A stretch of DNA of 64,000 bases from Azolla caroliniana. Taxonomy: Eukaryota; Plantae; Polypodiophyta. Both the position numbers and the translations under genes were made by a program. The notes beneath the pieces were generated by a model. It had not been told where the DNA came from. It ran no database searches and saw nothing but the letters and a program-made list of their open reading frames with translations. Where the stretch lies: assembly GCA_043228905.1 (NCBI GenBank), contig JBHGNT010000012.1, forward strand, positions 3,286,001-3,350,000, written 5' to 3'. Below, one piece after another: positions 45,354-58,646 of this stretch (the stretch's first letter is position 1; every line of letters starts with the position of its first letter).

Positions 45354-47935
45354 CAAGATTAGCCTCTCACAAAACAATCGCCTCTTTCTCTACATTAGTT
45401 TGTGTCATGCCCAACGTCTCTTCTCTACATTAGCTTTTCTCATGTCCAAGGTCTCTCATAATATGTATGTTGATTTTTACGTCTCAATGATGCTCAATTC
45501 TTGAAAATATATACTAGGACTTTTGCCAATCCGTGTGCAAGTGAATTATTACATTGTGATTTCAAACCAACTCGTTCGCCTCCTCCTCATGTGTGCCGAT
45601 GTATTGTACATTCTGAAGGACACACGCCAAGACCTTCTCTTGAACAAAGTGGTATTATACCTCTATGCTCTTGGTTCGTTTCCGTAAAGGCGGTTACTTG
45701 CTACCTAAATATGGTTCAAGTTGTTTGGTTTAAATGATAGCCTATTTATTCCTTCATGCAACAGCCTCTATGATATTCCACTTAGGTGTTACATAATGTA
45801 AATATTGCTTGCTTCTTGCTCATGCTCCAGGTAGGTGACTCTAACATTTCCGATCCATAACCCGTATTTACTCATTGATGGTGCATTTTGTAAACTTTGA
45901 CGCCAATCAACAACATAGCCTTACCCAATATGAGATTGGATATGAAATTGTTCTCTAGTGGACATTATCTAGATGAGGTTTGACAAGGTTTCTATGTTTC
46001 TAGATTTCCTATCCAAGTTTGTATGTTAGGTCAAATCAGGAGGTCATGAGATAGATTAGACAAGTTGCGAATAGTCTTCTGTACATACTTGGATCTAGTA
46101 GCACAAATTTGAAACTTAAATCATTCATTGAATTGTTTATTCTTGCTCCACGGGTTGTATTGTAGTCAATTTTCTATTATGTGACCAAATTATCAAATCA
46201 ACTATATGCCAACGAGTTAGTGGAACTTTCTAATGCATTTCATTTGAGATTTCTACTACTCAAAAGACCTCATTCTGAACATGTATATATATAATGAGTG
46301 CTATGATCAAAGTGAAGAAACCAAAACAAAAACTAGATTGAAAAAGCAAATAAAGAAACTTCATTCTACGATAAATAAGAAGAACAAGAGCAACAAGCTT
46401 CTACCAAAGATTGACATTGAACCAGATTGGCTTGGCATTAAGATTTTCCCTCTATATTTGGTTAGGCCTGCCACCTAGTTGTGATTATTTCCACATGGCC
46501 ATTGCACATTCTTGTCACTTTGAAAACCATGATAAGATGCACATTGAAAAGGTAATGAATTCAAGTGCCTTGAAACCTATGGTATTAAATTGACATACTC
46601 ACAACGTTGTCCCCCTACTTTGAAGACAAGTTCCACTAGTCACAATGCTCAAACTCGCACTTGGTTCAAGAGCTTTAGCTACTGTGATCAGTAGGTGCAT
46701 AGCCAAAACTAATCAACAAGGTACAATAATTTGCTATACATTGTCTATGAGTTTGAAAATACTTCCCCATCAACAAGTGGAACAGGAGGTGGATGTACAA
46801 CTACTTGGATCAAAATGGACCTTAGAGATCAGGTTCCAACAATGAGTCATGGAACACGTCGTAGAGACACAAATGTGATAGTAGATCTAAATGAAATGCC
46901 ATATCATTGATGCACTCAAATATATTGATTATAGTGTTATATCCCAATAATATGATTAGACTTAATTACACACATTAACACACAAATGGAGACCAAACAT
47001 GGGACAAATTTGCTCTTATATTATATTCAACTCAAGATGTTACAAAGAGTCCCAATATTGAGACAAAACCAAAATGTGAACTGGGACAAGCCAAGATAAC
47101 TCCATAAACTTTGAGGGGGGAAGAGAGCACCAGGCAACAACCTCTTATATAAGGCCCATTGGGATACCCACTAGGACTAGGTTGGGACAAGGCACAAACC
47201 ATGGTGGCACCCTTCTTGGAACTAGAAAATGGGCTAAATGTGTGTTTCTGTGTTTATATAAACTCTAGGTTCATAACTTTTTTTCTCAAAATACTTTGTG
47301 ATTTCTTAAAGATTTTCATAACATTTGTTGAAAAATGAGTGATTTTAGAGCATATCTCAAGGTTCCAATGATTATCTTTATGCAAACCATTACCTTTTGT
47401 ATAGCAACGATGTCACAAAGCTTTTCCATCTTTTCAATTTAGATTGCACGCTAAGGGATGTTACTTTATTGAAAGCCAAAAAGGGGAATTGGAGAAAACT
47501 ACTTCCATGAAAAGGTCAATGAATTGCTTTATAAAGCATTCATTCTTATAAGGGGTATCTACAAACAGTAATAATGGTTGGAGCTACCTAGATTCTCAAA
47601 CATTAATAATTATTGGCTCCTCCTTGGATTTATAACATTTAAAAAAAACTTTCTTTGAAGAGAAACATATAAGATCATCGCAATATCCAATTGTGGGGAC
47701 CCCATCATCACTAGTGAAAAAGGAACATTTGTGGCAAGGTGTCTGCCATGTTTATTGTCAATGCAAGTATTACGATATTTTGTCACATGCTCTTGACCAA
47801 GAGATTACAACCAAAAGAGATGCTTGATTTGGACGTATTTGGAAATGTTATATAATTGCAACCACCACGAGTATGAGAAGCATGTTGCATTGACAAAAGT
47901 TACATGGAAGTGAATGGAAAAGCAAATGTGAGGCC

Positions 47936-47947
47936 TGACTAGGTCAA
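47936..47947. promoter_or_regulatory. TGACTAGGTCAA element upstream of gene 3, within a W-box cluster (~47793-48161)
   Basis: About seven TTGACY / RGTCAA matches counted by eye within ~370 bp. Confidence 0.55.
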
Positions 47948-48538
47948 GGAAGATGGAAAAGAGATGGAAGAGAAAGATATTTAGAGTCAAGTGCACAAGT
48001 TGCTCATTCCATACATGAAAAGGCATTTGACTAATAAGCGAGAGTTCAGAGCTCGAGAGTCAATACATATAGACACACAACAAGTCTTTATCGAAGTACG
48101 TCCAAGTCGAGAGCTGTTGTAAGAGTCAATGAGACGTGTGTGTGTGTGTCGTCGAGTCAATGCTATGTGGAGAGAGAGAGAGAGAGAGAACAAGATGTCC
48201 CGTAGAGGAGACTAAGAAGTGGATTTTACATCCAATTAATATAATTGTGTGCTTTTAGAGAAAAAGAACAGAGCGAGAGAGAGAGAGACTTGAATAAGAG
48301 TGTGTGGGAGAGAGAGTGAGAGAGGGAGACTTGAATAAGAGTGCTTGGTCTTGAGAGAGATAAAGGCAAAGGGAAGGGAAGGCAATATATATATATATGT
48401 ATATGTATATGAGGAGTTGGTTTAAGTAGAGGCAATTTGGAGCGTATCTAAACTTAGAAGTTAGAAGTAGTTCTAGTAGAGTATTAATTAGCAAAGCAGT
48501 TAGTAAGATACCCATATTTATTTTGGAGCATAGAAAAG

Positions 48539-48573
<35 letters not shown>

Positions 48574-48577
<4 letters not shown>

Positions 48578-49656
48578 GGACTTCCTCAGAAACCGATGCC
48601 TCCAGCAATAAGCCGATAAGCAGTTCCTCACAAACCGATGCGTCCAGCAAGAAGCCGGTAAGCAGTTATTCAGAAACCGATGCCGACGGCAAGAAGCCGG
48701 TAAGCAGTTATGCAGAAACCGATGCCAACGGCAAGAAGCCGATAAGCAGTTCCTCGCAAGCCGCCGATGGTAGCGGTAAGAATAAGAAAGCGGCGGGCCG
48801 GCCGTTAACGGAGATGGAGCGGGCGGTGCTGTGGGAGGTGAAGAAGGCGCAGGGTTACGTGGACGGCTTCGATAAGCTTCGAAACGCGCACTCTTTGATC
48901 CTCTCCCTCATCGCCACCGTCAATCTGGTGGCCTTCCTGCAGGCCCCCAAAGGCTGGCACCAGACCGACGGCGGAGTCGATAAGCGAGTCGATAAGCCGC
49001 TCAACGCCGTGAGCACCATGTACAACACCGGCTCCATCGAAGCCTTCGCCATCACCAACAGCCTCTCCCTCTACAGCGCCATCTCCGGCCTCCTCTTCTT
49101 CCTCTACTGCAGCAACCCGGGCGTCCTGGCTATGGCGGCTTCCAAGATGCCTGCAAACCCTAATTCCGCAGACGACGGCTATAACGAGCTGGGCATCCGG
49201 GTCCTGCACAGAGTCCGTGCCTGCCTGCGCTGCGTGGTGCTGCCGAGCCTGCGCCATCGCCTCGACATACTCTCCACGTTTGTGGCTTGCTCCCTCACGT
49301 TCTCGCTCATGGCCTTCATCGCCTCCGGCTTCGCGGCCGCATCTCCGCCGGAGCGCCTGTTCTTTGTCATCATTCCAGCCATCCCTGGCTGCATCTTGGT
49401 GCTCATCTTCCTGGTGCTGGCCCTTCTGAAGCATCGGCAGGAGCTGGATTTCGACACGCAGTTCCACCACTATTGGAAGCATATCGTCTGCGTAGACGAC
49501 ATAAAAAATGACTGCATCCCTCGGATTGAGAATCTGATGAAGGAGGATAATATACTGCATGTAGATCGCATCCCCTTGCTCACCTGTTTCTTTCCTCTCA
49601 AAGCCAAGTGTCGCCAGACCTCTGTACATCACCGCCGCGCACACTCCGATTCCTGA
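48574..49656 (+). CDS. PGG-domain-like membrane protein, paralog 3 (~360 aa) with Ser-rich 14-aa N-terminal repeats
   Basis: Intact ORF starting after a (GA)n tract; LIATVNLVAFLQAPKGW and AFAITNSLSLYSAISG. Confidence 0.82.
48583..48770 (+). repeat. 42-bp x ~4.5 coding repeat (SETDAxxKKPxSSx)
   Basis: Direct reading of the ORF translation. Confidence 0.9.
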
Positions 49657-50559
49657 GTGAGATTCTCAGAATAATCGAGCCCCGAGATTGTCCGGAGACA
49701 TTTACAATCTCAAGAATCTGAGAATCGAGAATCCACCAGAGCATGGCTGAATCATTGTGGTTGGTGCACCCCCTATAAATATTTGGAGACAGCTGCATCC
49801 TATTCCGAATAATAATCCTTAGTTACATGTAAAGCCAATCAATCGATGAGTGTATCTAATTACAACTGTTATTATTAGTAGATTTAATTTGATGATTGCC
49901 ACAAACTTCTTGACAGTAGCAAATTACGATGATCCTTTCTACGAATCTTAGACAAACGTCAATTTCATAGCTAAATAATTCGGAGATATCCATCTAGTAA
50001 CTGCGCCTACCGATTATACTCAATTATTGTGAAATATATAGTTCTTTGCAGACTATTACAACTGCAACCGATTAATATCTTGATTCAATTATTACGAAAA
50101 ATATAGTACTTTGCAGACTGTCACAACTGCAACCGAAATCAATATCTTGATTTGAACCACAAAGTATAACCTCGATGAGATTCTTTCCAAACTCCATACT
50201 TTGCGTTAATTGGCGAGAGACCAACCATAGCTTCTAAAACAGATCTCCATTCCTCCAAACATAAGAGGATCGCCAATCATAGATGTTTGTTAATCAGAAT
50301 CAGCCACATGTTTGGCCACATTATATCGACCCAATGTTGTTTTCCTCGATTTCTCTAGTGTTCTACATGCCATTGTCTACATAAGGCATCCTATCCTATG
50401 GTTGTATACTACATCGTCTATGTCTATTGTAAAACATTTTAGTTCTTTTAGCTTTTTTTAGATAGAGGCCAATTTTATTACAATAGTTCCAATGTTTTTG
50501 ATTTTACACCAGTTTAGTTCAAAAGGCCACCAACATTGTTTAGGTGTAATGTAGCAACA

Positions 50560-50870
50560 TTTCTTTTGATTCCACCAATTCTCTAATATAATGATGTCCT
50601 GCTCTGCATATGCTTTTTTTTATTGGTGATCTTACAATTGTTAGTAAACTTTATACACTACTAGTTGTCGTGAATTTAAGGATGTCAAGTTCTTCGATTT
50701 TGGTTTTGATCCATAATCCTTCTTTGGTAGTTAGAGCGGTTGCCAAGTACTTAGCTTCAATATTGGAATGGGCTAGATATACTGATTGTTTGCTTTTCCA
50801 ACAGATTGTAGCGCCACCAAATATAAAGACCATGTAACTACTATAATTGAGATTTACAAAGCTTGCCACT
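50560..50870 (-). pseudogene. Short copia RNase H remnant
   Basis: FIFGGATICWKSKQS..AHSNIEAKYLA....KEGLWI. Confidence 0.7.
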
Positions 50871-53089
50871 TATATCTAGGAATTTGGTAAGTTGGGATTA
50901 TGCAACCCAAAATTTGACATAATCCTCCAAGACCAAAAGATCTTACATCATGATTATAGGAAAGAAGACAAACAAAGGTGAGATTAGTGCAATAACACAA
51001 CACTTCGAGGAACCATGCCATAACACAGATTCACAACTCACACTCAAGTAAGTTCCGAAGCATGCACAATTAAGTCTAGTTGTCTCACTCTGATCATATG
51101 AAAAACACCATATGCATCAATAGTCTTCGAACATTGATCTTAACATATGTATAATATTGTGACTTCCAAGTGTACTTCACACAAGCTCAGCCTAATTGGT
51201 CTTTCCCTCTCGTGTGGCTAACTGTATACATCCATATCACACCAAAGGTCAAGGCAAGCCCTAATGTTAACGAAATTATCCTACACACAAACACACACGT
51301 AAGAAACTACTTCTACATGTTGTATGTAGGCTCAATCTACACTTGGTTGTAGGAGTAGGAATCTACTTAAACTTGGTGATATTAGAGCCCAAAACTCCAT
51401 CTCATACATAAAGGACATATAATGCAATCTTCAAGTCATTCGTCAATGTCAACCCCCGATAGGGGATCCTACATCAACTCATGATCATCCGTCACCGATT
51501 TGGTGTCAACCTGCAATTTGCCATGTTTGTGGAAATGCAAAGAATTCTTTGACTAAAAAAGTAAAAATGTAACTTAATCTTCGTTGTTCAACTTAATTTG
51601 CAATTCCTACTTCAGAAGGTAGCGTATGTATAATACTATTCAAATGGTATTATATATACCTAAAAATTGAATACATTTGCGTACACAACCGTGCTTAGTA
51701 GAACTCATGAAGTATTAAGCCTAGGTAACATCTCACAACTAGACCTCATGATTAGGTTAATATATTGGCTATGCTAACACCCCTAAATTTCAATGTCTTG
51801 AACATGTAAATTCTACACACTCTTAAGTCAAAGTGATGCTTAAAGAGGAATATGCTTCAAAAGTTATATAATTACATTTATGAATAACTCAAAGAAGAGG
51901 TCTCTAACTTTAAATTGGCAAATACTAACATCTTGAAAAGAAATGCATCTTTAAAAGGAGAAGACACCCCAAACTAAGGATGTCAATTACTTGGTCTCAA
52001 TGGTGATATGTGAAAGTGTTGTTTAAAGTTAAAGTTGGTCAATGGAAGAACATCATCTAGACTTAATGGGCCCGTTTTACTTTTGCAAAAATGTTTATAA
52101 CACCAAGTGTTACCTATTACTCTGCAAGATGAACCTTTAATATTTCGAAGATATTAAATTTCTTTTATATTCCAAATAAATAGAACACCAATCATAGTAG
52201 CACGGAGTTGTGTCAACACAAAAAGAAAGCTATAACACTATGTTTTCTAATCTTCATCATATGATTAATGGCTCTTTTATTGATAATATAATGCTTAAAA
52301 GGCAACTTGAAGATAGTGAACATAATAATTGTAGTCTGGTATCTCGATAGATAAAAGTGTTCATTTATGTTCATATCGAAAGTTGTTTTCTAATAAGATT
52401 TTGACATTTGAGTATTGAGAGTTTTCGTCCTCACAAACAATGTTACATAATTACATGGGTGAACCTCATGACGAGTTCAAAAGAAAAGCCTCTTGTCATT
52501 TATTTAGTGGCAAATTGCAATGCTAACCATAGGCCTCATTTTCTAAACTCGAGGTCAAGAGATGCTATAGTTTTATCATTTCCTACTTTCATTAGGGACA
52601 TAATGGCTGGTCGTACTCATCATTTAATGTTTGAAAGATATCTCAAAGGTAGGAGTGATAATTGATCTCAAAAATCTTGAGTAATAACATTGTCTATTGA
52701 TTGGAAGTTGACTCTAAAAAGTCTTTTAAGTTTTAAGAGTCTTCGAGTTTTGGTCTTCAAAGATGACCATACATATTACAATTACATGGGTTTTCAATCA
52801 CTTGTGTTGATTATCAAGAGATTTTGAAACTCTAAAAGTGATGCTTGATCAAGAATTTGGCCGCACATGTTATATTAATATACCCATGACTAGGTGAATG
52901 TAGATATTACGAAGTTTTGTTAATGTCAACATTAAAACTCAAGACTTGGATATGTTTACCAAGTGGTGTGTCGACTCTTGACCACCAAAAGAGATGCTTT
53001 ATAAGGACATATCTAGAACTATTGTACTACTTTACTTACACCCATGACTTGGTTAAGGAAGCTATATAAAGTGACAATAAAAGCATCCA

Positions 53090-53101
53090 TGACTAGGTCA
53101 A
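53090..53101. promoter_or_regulatory. TGACTAGGTCAA element upstream of gene 4
   Basis: Exact match to the gene 2 and gene 3 element; degenerate copies at ~52886 and ~53045. Confidence 0.5.
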
Positions 53102-53634
53102 TGAAGTTGTTATCTCCAAAAATATGATGTAAAACACAAGTGGCACTAGGTTACTATCAAGTTCACTAGTTGCTCATTTAATACATAAGAAGACGTTATA
53201 GTAGTAATAGTTGGAGTTGGGAGTCTTGTTAGTCTTTCACACATAAATTTGAATATTAGTAATACGTCGCTACCGAGTGGGATTGTCTCTTCAAGAGACT
53301 CTTTGTCAAAGTCAACAGAAGATGACAATCATCAGAGCGAGTGGGGTTGTCTCTTCAAGCGACTCTTTGCAAAAGTCAACAGAAGATGCATATGATTGTC
53401 GTGTCGTGGGCGGGAGACTTTTCTGTAAAGGGTGGGGTCGAAGAAGTGTGATCATCGAAGATAAGGAAAGGCGCGAGTAAAGAGGAGAAAGAAGTACTTG
53501 ACATATGGGAGATGTTGAAGTAACCGGGAAGTATTGACTTGGACCTGGGAAATGCAATCCAATCCTATCCACACACAAAGACCTTTGAAAGGAAGAAGGT
53601 AGTTATACATATACATATAACACACACACATACA

Positions 53635-53670
<36 letters not shown>

Positions 53671-53804
53671 TGTATAAGGAAGGATATGTTAGTAGTAGTA
53701 TAGTGAATAGATAGATATTTTTGGAGCACATCCAAAGTTAGGCAGTAATAGGAGAAGACATATCATTTTAACGTAGAAGAGAAGAGAAGAGAAGAGAAGA
53801 GAGA

Positions 53805-54665
53805 ATGGGAAGATACTCCAAGGGCCGAGATGTAGAGATAACAGAATTTGGGGATGGAAAGGAAATGAGTGAAGAAGACGCTGTGGAGATGATGGTGTGG
53901 GAGATCAACACGGCCAAGGGTTTCGTGGCAAGCTTTCAGAAGCTTCTGGGTGCTCACTCCTTCATCCTCTCCATCCTTGCCACTGTAAACCTAATTGCCT
54001 TCCTGCAGCCGCCCAAAGGATGGAACCAGAGCCCAGTCGATGATTCCACATCTCATTTGAACGCCATGAGCGTCATGTACAACACGGGATCGATCGAGGC
54101 CTACGCCATAGCCAGCAGCCTCTCGCTCTACAGCGCCATCTCGGGCCTGCTCTTCTACCTCTACTGCAGCCAAGACGGGGTAACCTCGCTGGAAGACGCG
54201 GAGCTCCCGAAACAAACCCAAACGGATCAGAAACAAAGAAATGCTAACATCGAAATCCTTCACAGGACTCGCGCCTACTTGCACCATTTGGTATTGCCGG
54301 GCATCCGCAGGAGCTCGAGAATCCTCTCCTTTTTTCTCGCGGCTTCCCTTACGTTCTCGCTCATCGCATTCATCTCTTCGGGCTACGCCGCCTCCTCTCC
54401 CAACGAGCGCCTACACTACGTCGTCATTCCGGCCGTCCCGGGCTGCATTCTGGTGCTCATCTGCTTCGTGCTCGCTGTCCTCAAGCATGGACATGACCTG
54501 GACTTCGACACGCAGTTCGACAACTTTTGGCTGCACGCCGTGCCCGTGGAGATGAAACCCCCCGATATTCGAACCCTCAGTTATGACGCGAAAATGGCTT
54601 TAGACCGAAGCTTGTTGCCCTTCCCTAAGGCCTGCAAGACACAACATATCTCTCCCAAACATTGA
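53805..54665 (+). CDS. PGG-domain-like membrane protein, paralog 4 (286 aa)
   Basis: Intact ORF with ILATVNLIAFLQPPKGW and AYAIASSLSLYSAISG. Confidence 0.82.
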   Translation: MGRYSKGRDVEITEFGDGKEMSEEDAVEMMVWEINTAKGFVASFQKLLGAHSFILSILATVNLIAFLQPPKGWNQSPVDDSTSHLNAMSVMYNTGSIEAYAIASSLSLYSAISGLLFYLYCSQDGVTSLEDAELPKQTQTDQKQRNANIEILHRTRAYLHHLVLPGIRRSSRILSFFLAASLTFSLIAFISSGYAASSPNERLHYVVIPAVPGCILVLICFVLAVLKHGHDLDFDTQFDNFWLHAVPVEMKPPDIRTLSYDAKMALDRSLLPFPKACKTQHISPKH

Positions 54666-56069
54666 CTAGAGGATGGTCTTCAACTAACATCTTCATCCAC
54701 ATGCACCTTATAGCTTAGGATGATCTAAGGACTTCATCATCTTACAAGGAAAACTTATCCTAATAATAATTAATCCTTATGAGTTGCTACTTTTAGAGTT
54801 AGTTTTATCACCAAATATCTACATAAAACACATTTGGTAGAGCATATATATATATATATATATATATATGTCTTTGCTACTATAAACACTATGCGTTCAG
54901 AATGCTTCACATCTAATCCTATGCACGCGCTCCATGATTTCGTGTCAAAATCCCTGAATTGATGAAGATTGATTCATTTCGTCCACAAACAGAAAAATGA
55001 AGCGATTCCATTACTCCGAACTGGTGGTGGCTATGCTTTGGATTTCTTCTCCATCATTTTCTGTTACAGTCATCTCTGCTTCAAAACTGTTTTGTATTCC
55101 CAAATTCATTCAAATTCTAGCTTGCACTACATACTCTAAATCGGTTGATAAACTTAGATGTTCTTATCTTTTCTTTTCACTAAATTTAGAGTCTCCTACA
55201 TATACATATGTCTCTCCTTTGTACACCAAGATTTTACACACTATTAATGGTCCGCTCTAATTTTGTGATATCCAACATGCATGTGTTTTGTCCTTGCATT
55301 GAGTACTTGTTTCTCGGAAGAAAAGCACTTTGATAAGATTGAATAGGTTTCAACCTTATTTAGCAAATGACAGAATTTGATCCTGCATTTCCAAATTTTA
55401 TGATTCAATACTCACTCAACGAATTACACTCATTGCTATGCTGGAAGTACAAATTTACATCTTGTTCACTACTTAAGTCATTTTCTCCTGTCCAAACCAA
55501 GAGAATTGAAAGAGTTACCTCAATGTGCATGTCCAACATGAAAGGACTCAAAGGCTTCTCCCATTGTTAAGCTGCAAACATGAGAAAACTCAACGGCGGA
55601 ACGGCTTCCGCCATTGTGAAAAGTCGACAAGCGAGAATTAAAAGCAGTTCTTCATAGGATTCACAATAGCACTTTACCACTTATTATGAAATGAGGATGA
55701 TGTTGTGCAAGTTATTTAAGAAAAACAACCAAATTATGCACAACACTACAAAATTTTAATGTCGAAAACGCTTAATGAGGGATAAAAATCCATAAGACCA
55801 AGTCCAAAAACACTTCACTATCAATGGGTAAAATTTGTACACCAAAGTTCTGCTCTAAGTATATTAGACCTGATTATGTAAAGAGGAAAGCAAAAATTCC
55901 TCTGAAAACTTAAAACTCACTACCAAGACAAAAAAGACCTCTAAAGTCTATAAAAAACATGACTAGTAATGGAGGTGGTGATGTCCAAAAAAGTCAACAT
56001 TTAATCGATGTACTCAGAAGCATTAATGGAGAAGGCAAAGATGCTAAGTATGAGCTCTTCATTACGAGA

Positions 56070-56416
56070 AGTTGGGACCATTCCATATCGTCAACTGCAT
56101 CAATCGCATTGCCTTCTGGCTCGCCCTTCCAAACCACTTCCGGACTTACGATGTTTTTGATGTCTCCCTCCTTGAACCCCATTATGCTTCGCCACTCCGA
56201 GGATGTGAAGCCCTGCCACCACCACCCGTGCAATTGACGACAGAGGAGGAATACGAGGTCGACCAAATCCTTGACTCACATTGGCACCGTCGACACTTGC
56301 AATACCTCGTCTTGTGGACAAGTTACCCCATGTCTGACGCCACATGGGAACCATCAGAAAATTTACAAAATGCCCAATGCCCCGGAGGTGGTCCAGGATT
56401 TTCATCACCTATATGA
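56070..56416 (+). pseudogene. Chromoviral gypsy integrase C-terminus plus chromodomain fragment
   Basis: GPF.IV..I...A..L.LP..FR.YDVF.VSLLEP and EEYEVDQILDS....LQYLV.W.SYP.SDATWEP.ENL. Confidence 0.88.
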
Positions 56417-56457
56417 ATGTTATTGTAGTTGATGGAATTCAAACCTTATAAGTTATA

Positions 56458-56595
56458 ATTGTTACGGGCATGACCATATAATATCCCGTGGTAAGATTGT
56501 ACCGTAGTATTCTATACATAGTATTGTATACACGTGTATAGAATACTACGGTACAATCTTACCACGGAATATTATATGGTCATGCCCGTAACAAT
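56458..56595. repeat. Near-perfect 138-bp inverted repeat (61-bp arms, 1 mismatch, 16-nt loop)
   Basis: 56458-56518 is the reverse complement of 56535-56595. Confidence 0.95.
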
Positions 56596-57942
56596 AACCA
56601 TGGTTTCCACTAGAAAGAAGAAGATGACAACAATGATGAAGTAGTATCATGAAGATTATGAGGATGGAAACAATCAACTTCACCTTCTCTTACCATGTCA
56701 TCATCAAGGAGAGTGTCATAACCCAATACAACAATAAAGAGAGAAATAAGATAATAGTCTTGTGACACATAAAAGGAACGCATCACACAATGACCACTAT
56801 AGAATTATACATACCTTAACATTCAATACATGGATGTAAACAACCATGCTTTATAGAATTCCAATGGTGAGAGGTTCATCTTCAAAGATGAGGTTACATA
56901 ACATCACAAATGGAAACCCTAATGATTAATCCAAAAATGAAACACTCCCATGGCCAAATATATGCTCGTCCACATAATTTACAAACTCTTAATCAAGAGA
57001 ACCTTTATGATGACATCGTTTCAAAATTATTATTATTATATCCACAACCAACTCAAGGAAAACCTATAACTTTGAGTGGCAAATACTAATGTGTCAAAAA
57101 GAAGTCCATTAGTAGGAGAAAATGCCCCAGATGGAGGATCTTAATCACATTCTCATAATGGTGAAATGTAAAAGTGTTTTTTTGAAGTAAATTATCTAAT
57201 CTTCAATGCTTTAAATAGTTTTTTACTTTTGCAATTTAAATGTTTATGACATTGGGTAGAGGAGGAGCGATTTTGTACAAAATGAGAAAGGATATTCCAT
57301 TGTTACCGTTTGTCCAAAAGATGAACAATTCATATTGGAGGATGCTTTGTCTATTACAAATCATTATAATATTAATCATAAAAAACAATTGTGTTTATAC
57401 AAAACGTGAAAGCTATACCATTATGTTTTGTGTTTTCAAGCAAAATGGGTTATTTGTAGATAATTTAATAATTATAAAGCATTTGGAATGCCAATGGCCA
57501 TCAACGATAATTAGAGTCAAGCGTCATGAGTAAATAAAAGTGTTAATGAATGTCGCTACTAGGTAATAAGATTTTAAAAGTTGAGACTTTTAGTCTACGA
57601 AACTAACACTTTATAATTAAATGAGGGGACCCACGATAAGTCCAAATATAACATTTCTTGAATGGTAGTGTCTTTGAATGCATTTTCTTGAACTCGTGGT
57701 GAAGGGATTCTATAACTTTATCCCTTCCTACTCTGGTTAGAGCATAATGGGTCGTTTGTATATCATTTAATGCTTGAAAGATATCTTAAAGATATGTAGT
57801 AATAGTTAGCCTCCAAAGACTTTAAACATGATATTAAGAATTCATGATCATATGTGTTGGACCACAAGATATGTAAACTGTAGACCACCCAAAGTGTTGC
57901 TTGATTAGGACATATATTGGAACTAGTGTAATACTACATCAA

Positions 57943-58005
57943 TGACTAGTTCAAGGAAATTATAGGATGGAGAGGTAAACAAAATGTAAGCCATTACTAG
58001 GTCAA
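57943..58005. promoter_or_regulatory. Two single-mismatch copies of the TGACTAGGTCAA element upstream of gene 5
   Basis: TGACTAGTTCAA at 57943 and TTACTAGGTCAA at 57994; TTGACT at 58389 and 58438. Confidence 0.45.
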
Positions 58006-58646
58006 GGAAGGTATATATGTACATAAATATAATGATGAACGGCACAAGTGGCCCCCTGATACAATCAAGTCCATTAGATAGTTGGTCTTGTAATAAAAAC
58101 AAAGCTATCATAATAATAATTGGAGTTGGACTATTGTAATCTTGCATGTACAAAAGCATATATCAATCGTATGTCACTACCAAGACTTTTCTCTTCAAGA
58201 AGAGACTTACAATCATAATAATAATTGGAGTTGAACTATTATATAGTCTTCTAAACACAAAAGGTTCAAGGGACTTCGTCAAAGTCAATGCAAAGATACA
58301 AATCATCGTTGGGGTTGGGAGACTTATAAGGGGGTTTGAGAACATTGGTCCTCAAAGAAAAGCAAGTTGCTAGCAAGTAGAGATACAATTGACTAGGAAC
58401 TTATCTGAAGATGATGAAGTAAAGGTTAGAGATATCATTGACTAGCACATATAGCAATTCCAATGCACACATGCTTTTGGAGCAAGAGTGAAGAAAGAAG
58501 GCATAGCGGTATAGTAGAGATATTAGTAGGTATATAAGAAAAGGAGAGATATTAGAGCACACATCCAAATTCAGTAGTATTAGTAGTGGTAGTACTAGTA
58601 CTAGTAGCAGCAAGAAGAGTGTGCTCATCACATTAACTAACATAAG

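Noticed and set aside
48805-49644. 279-aa minus-strand ORF and similar overlapping ORFs on the PGG-like genes
   Set aside because: Expected by-product of GC-rich codon usage on the sense strand; not conserved as a unit between paralogs.
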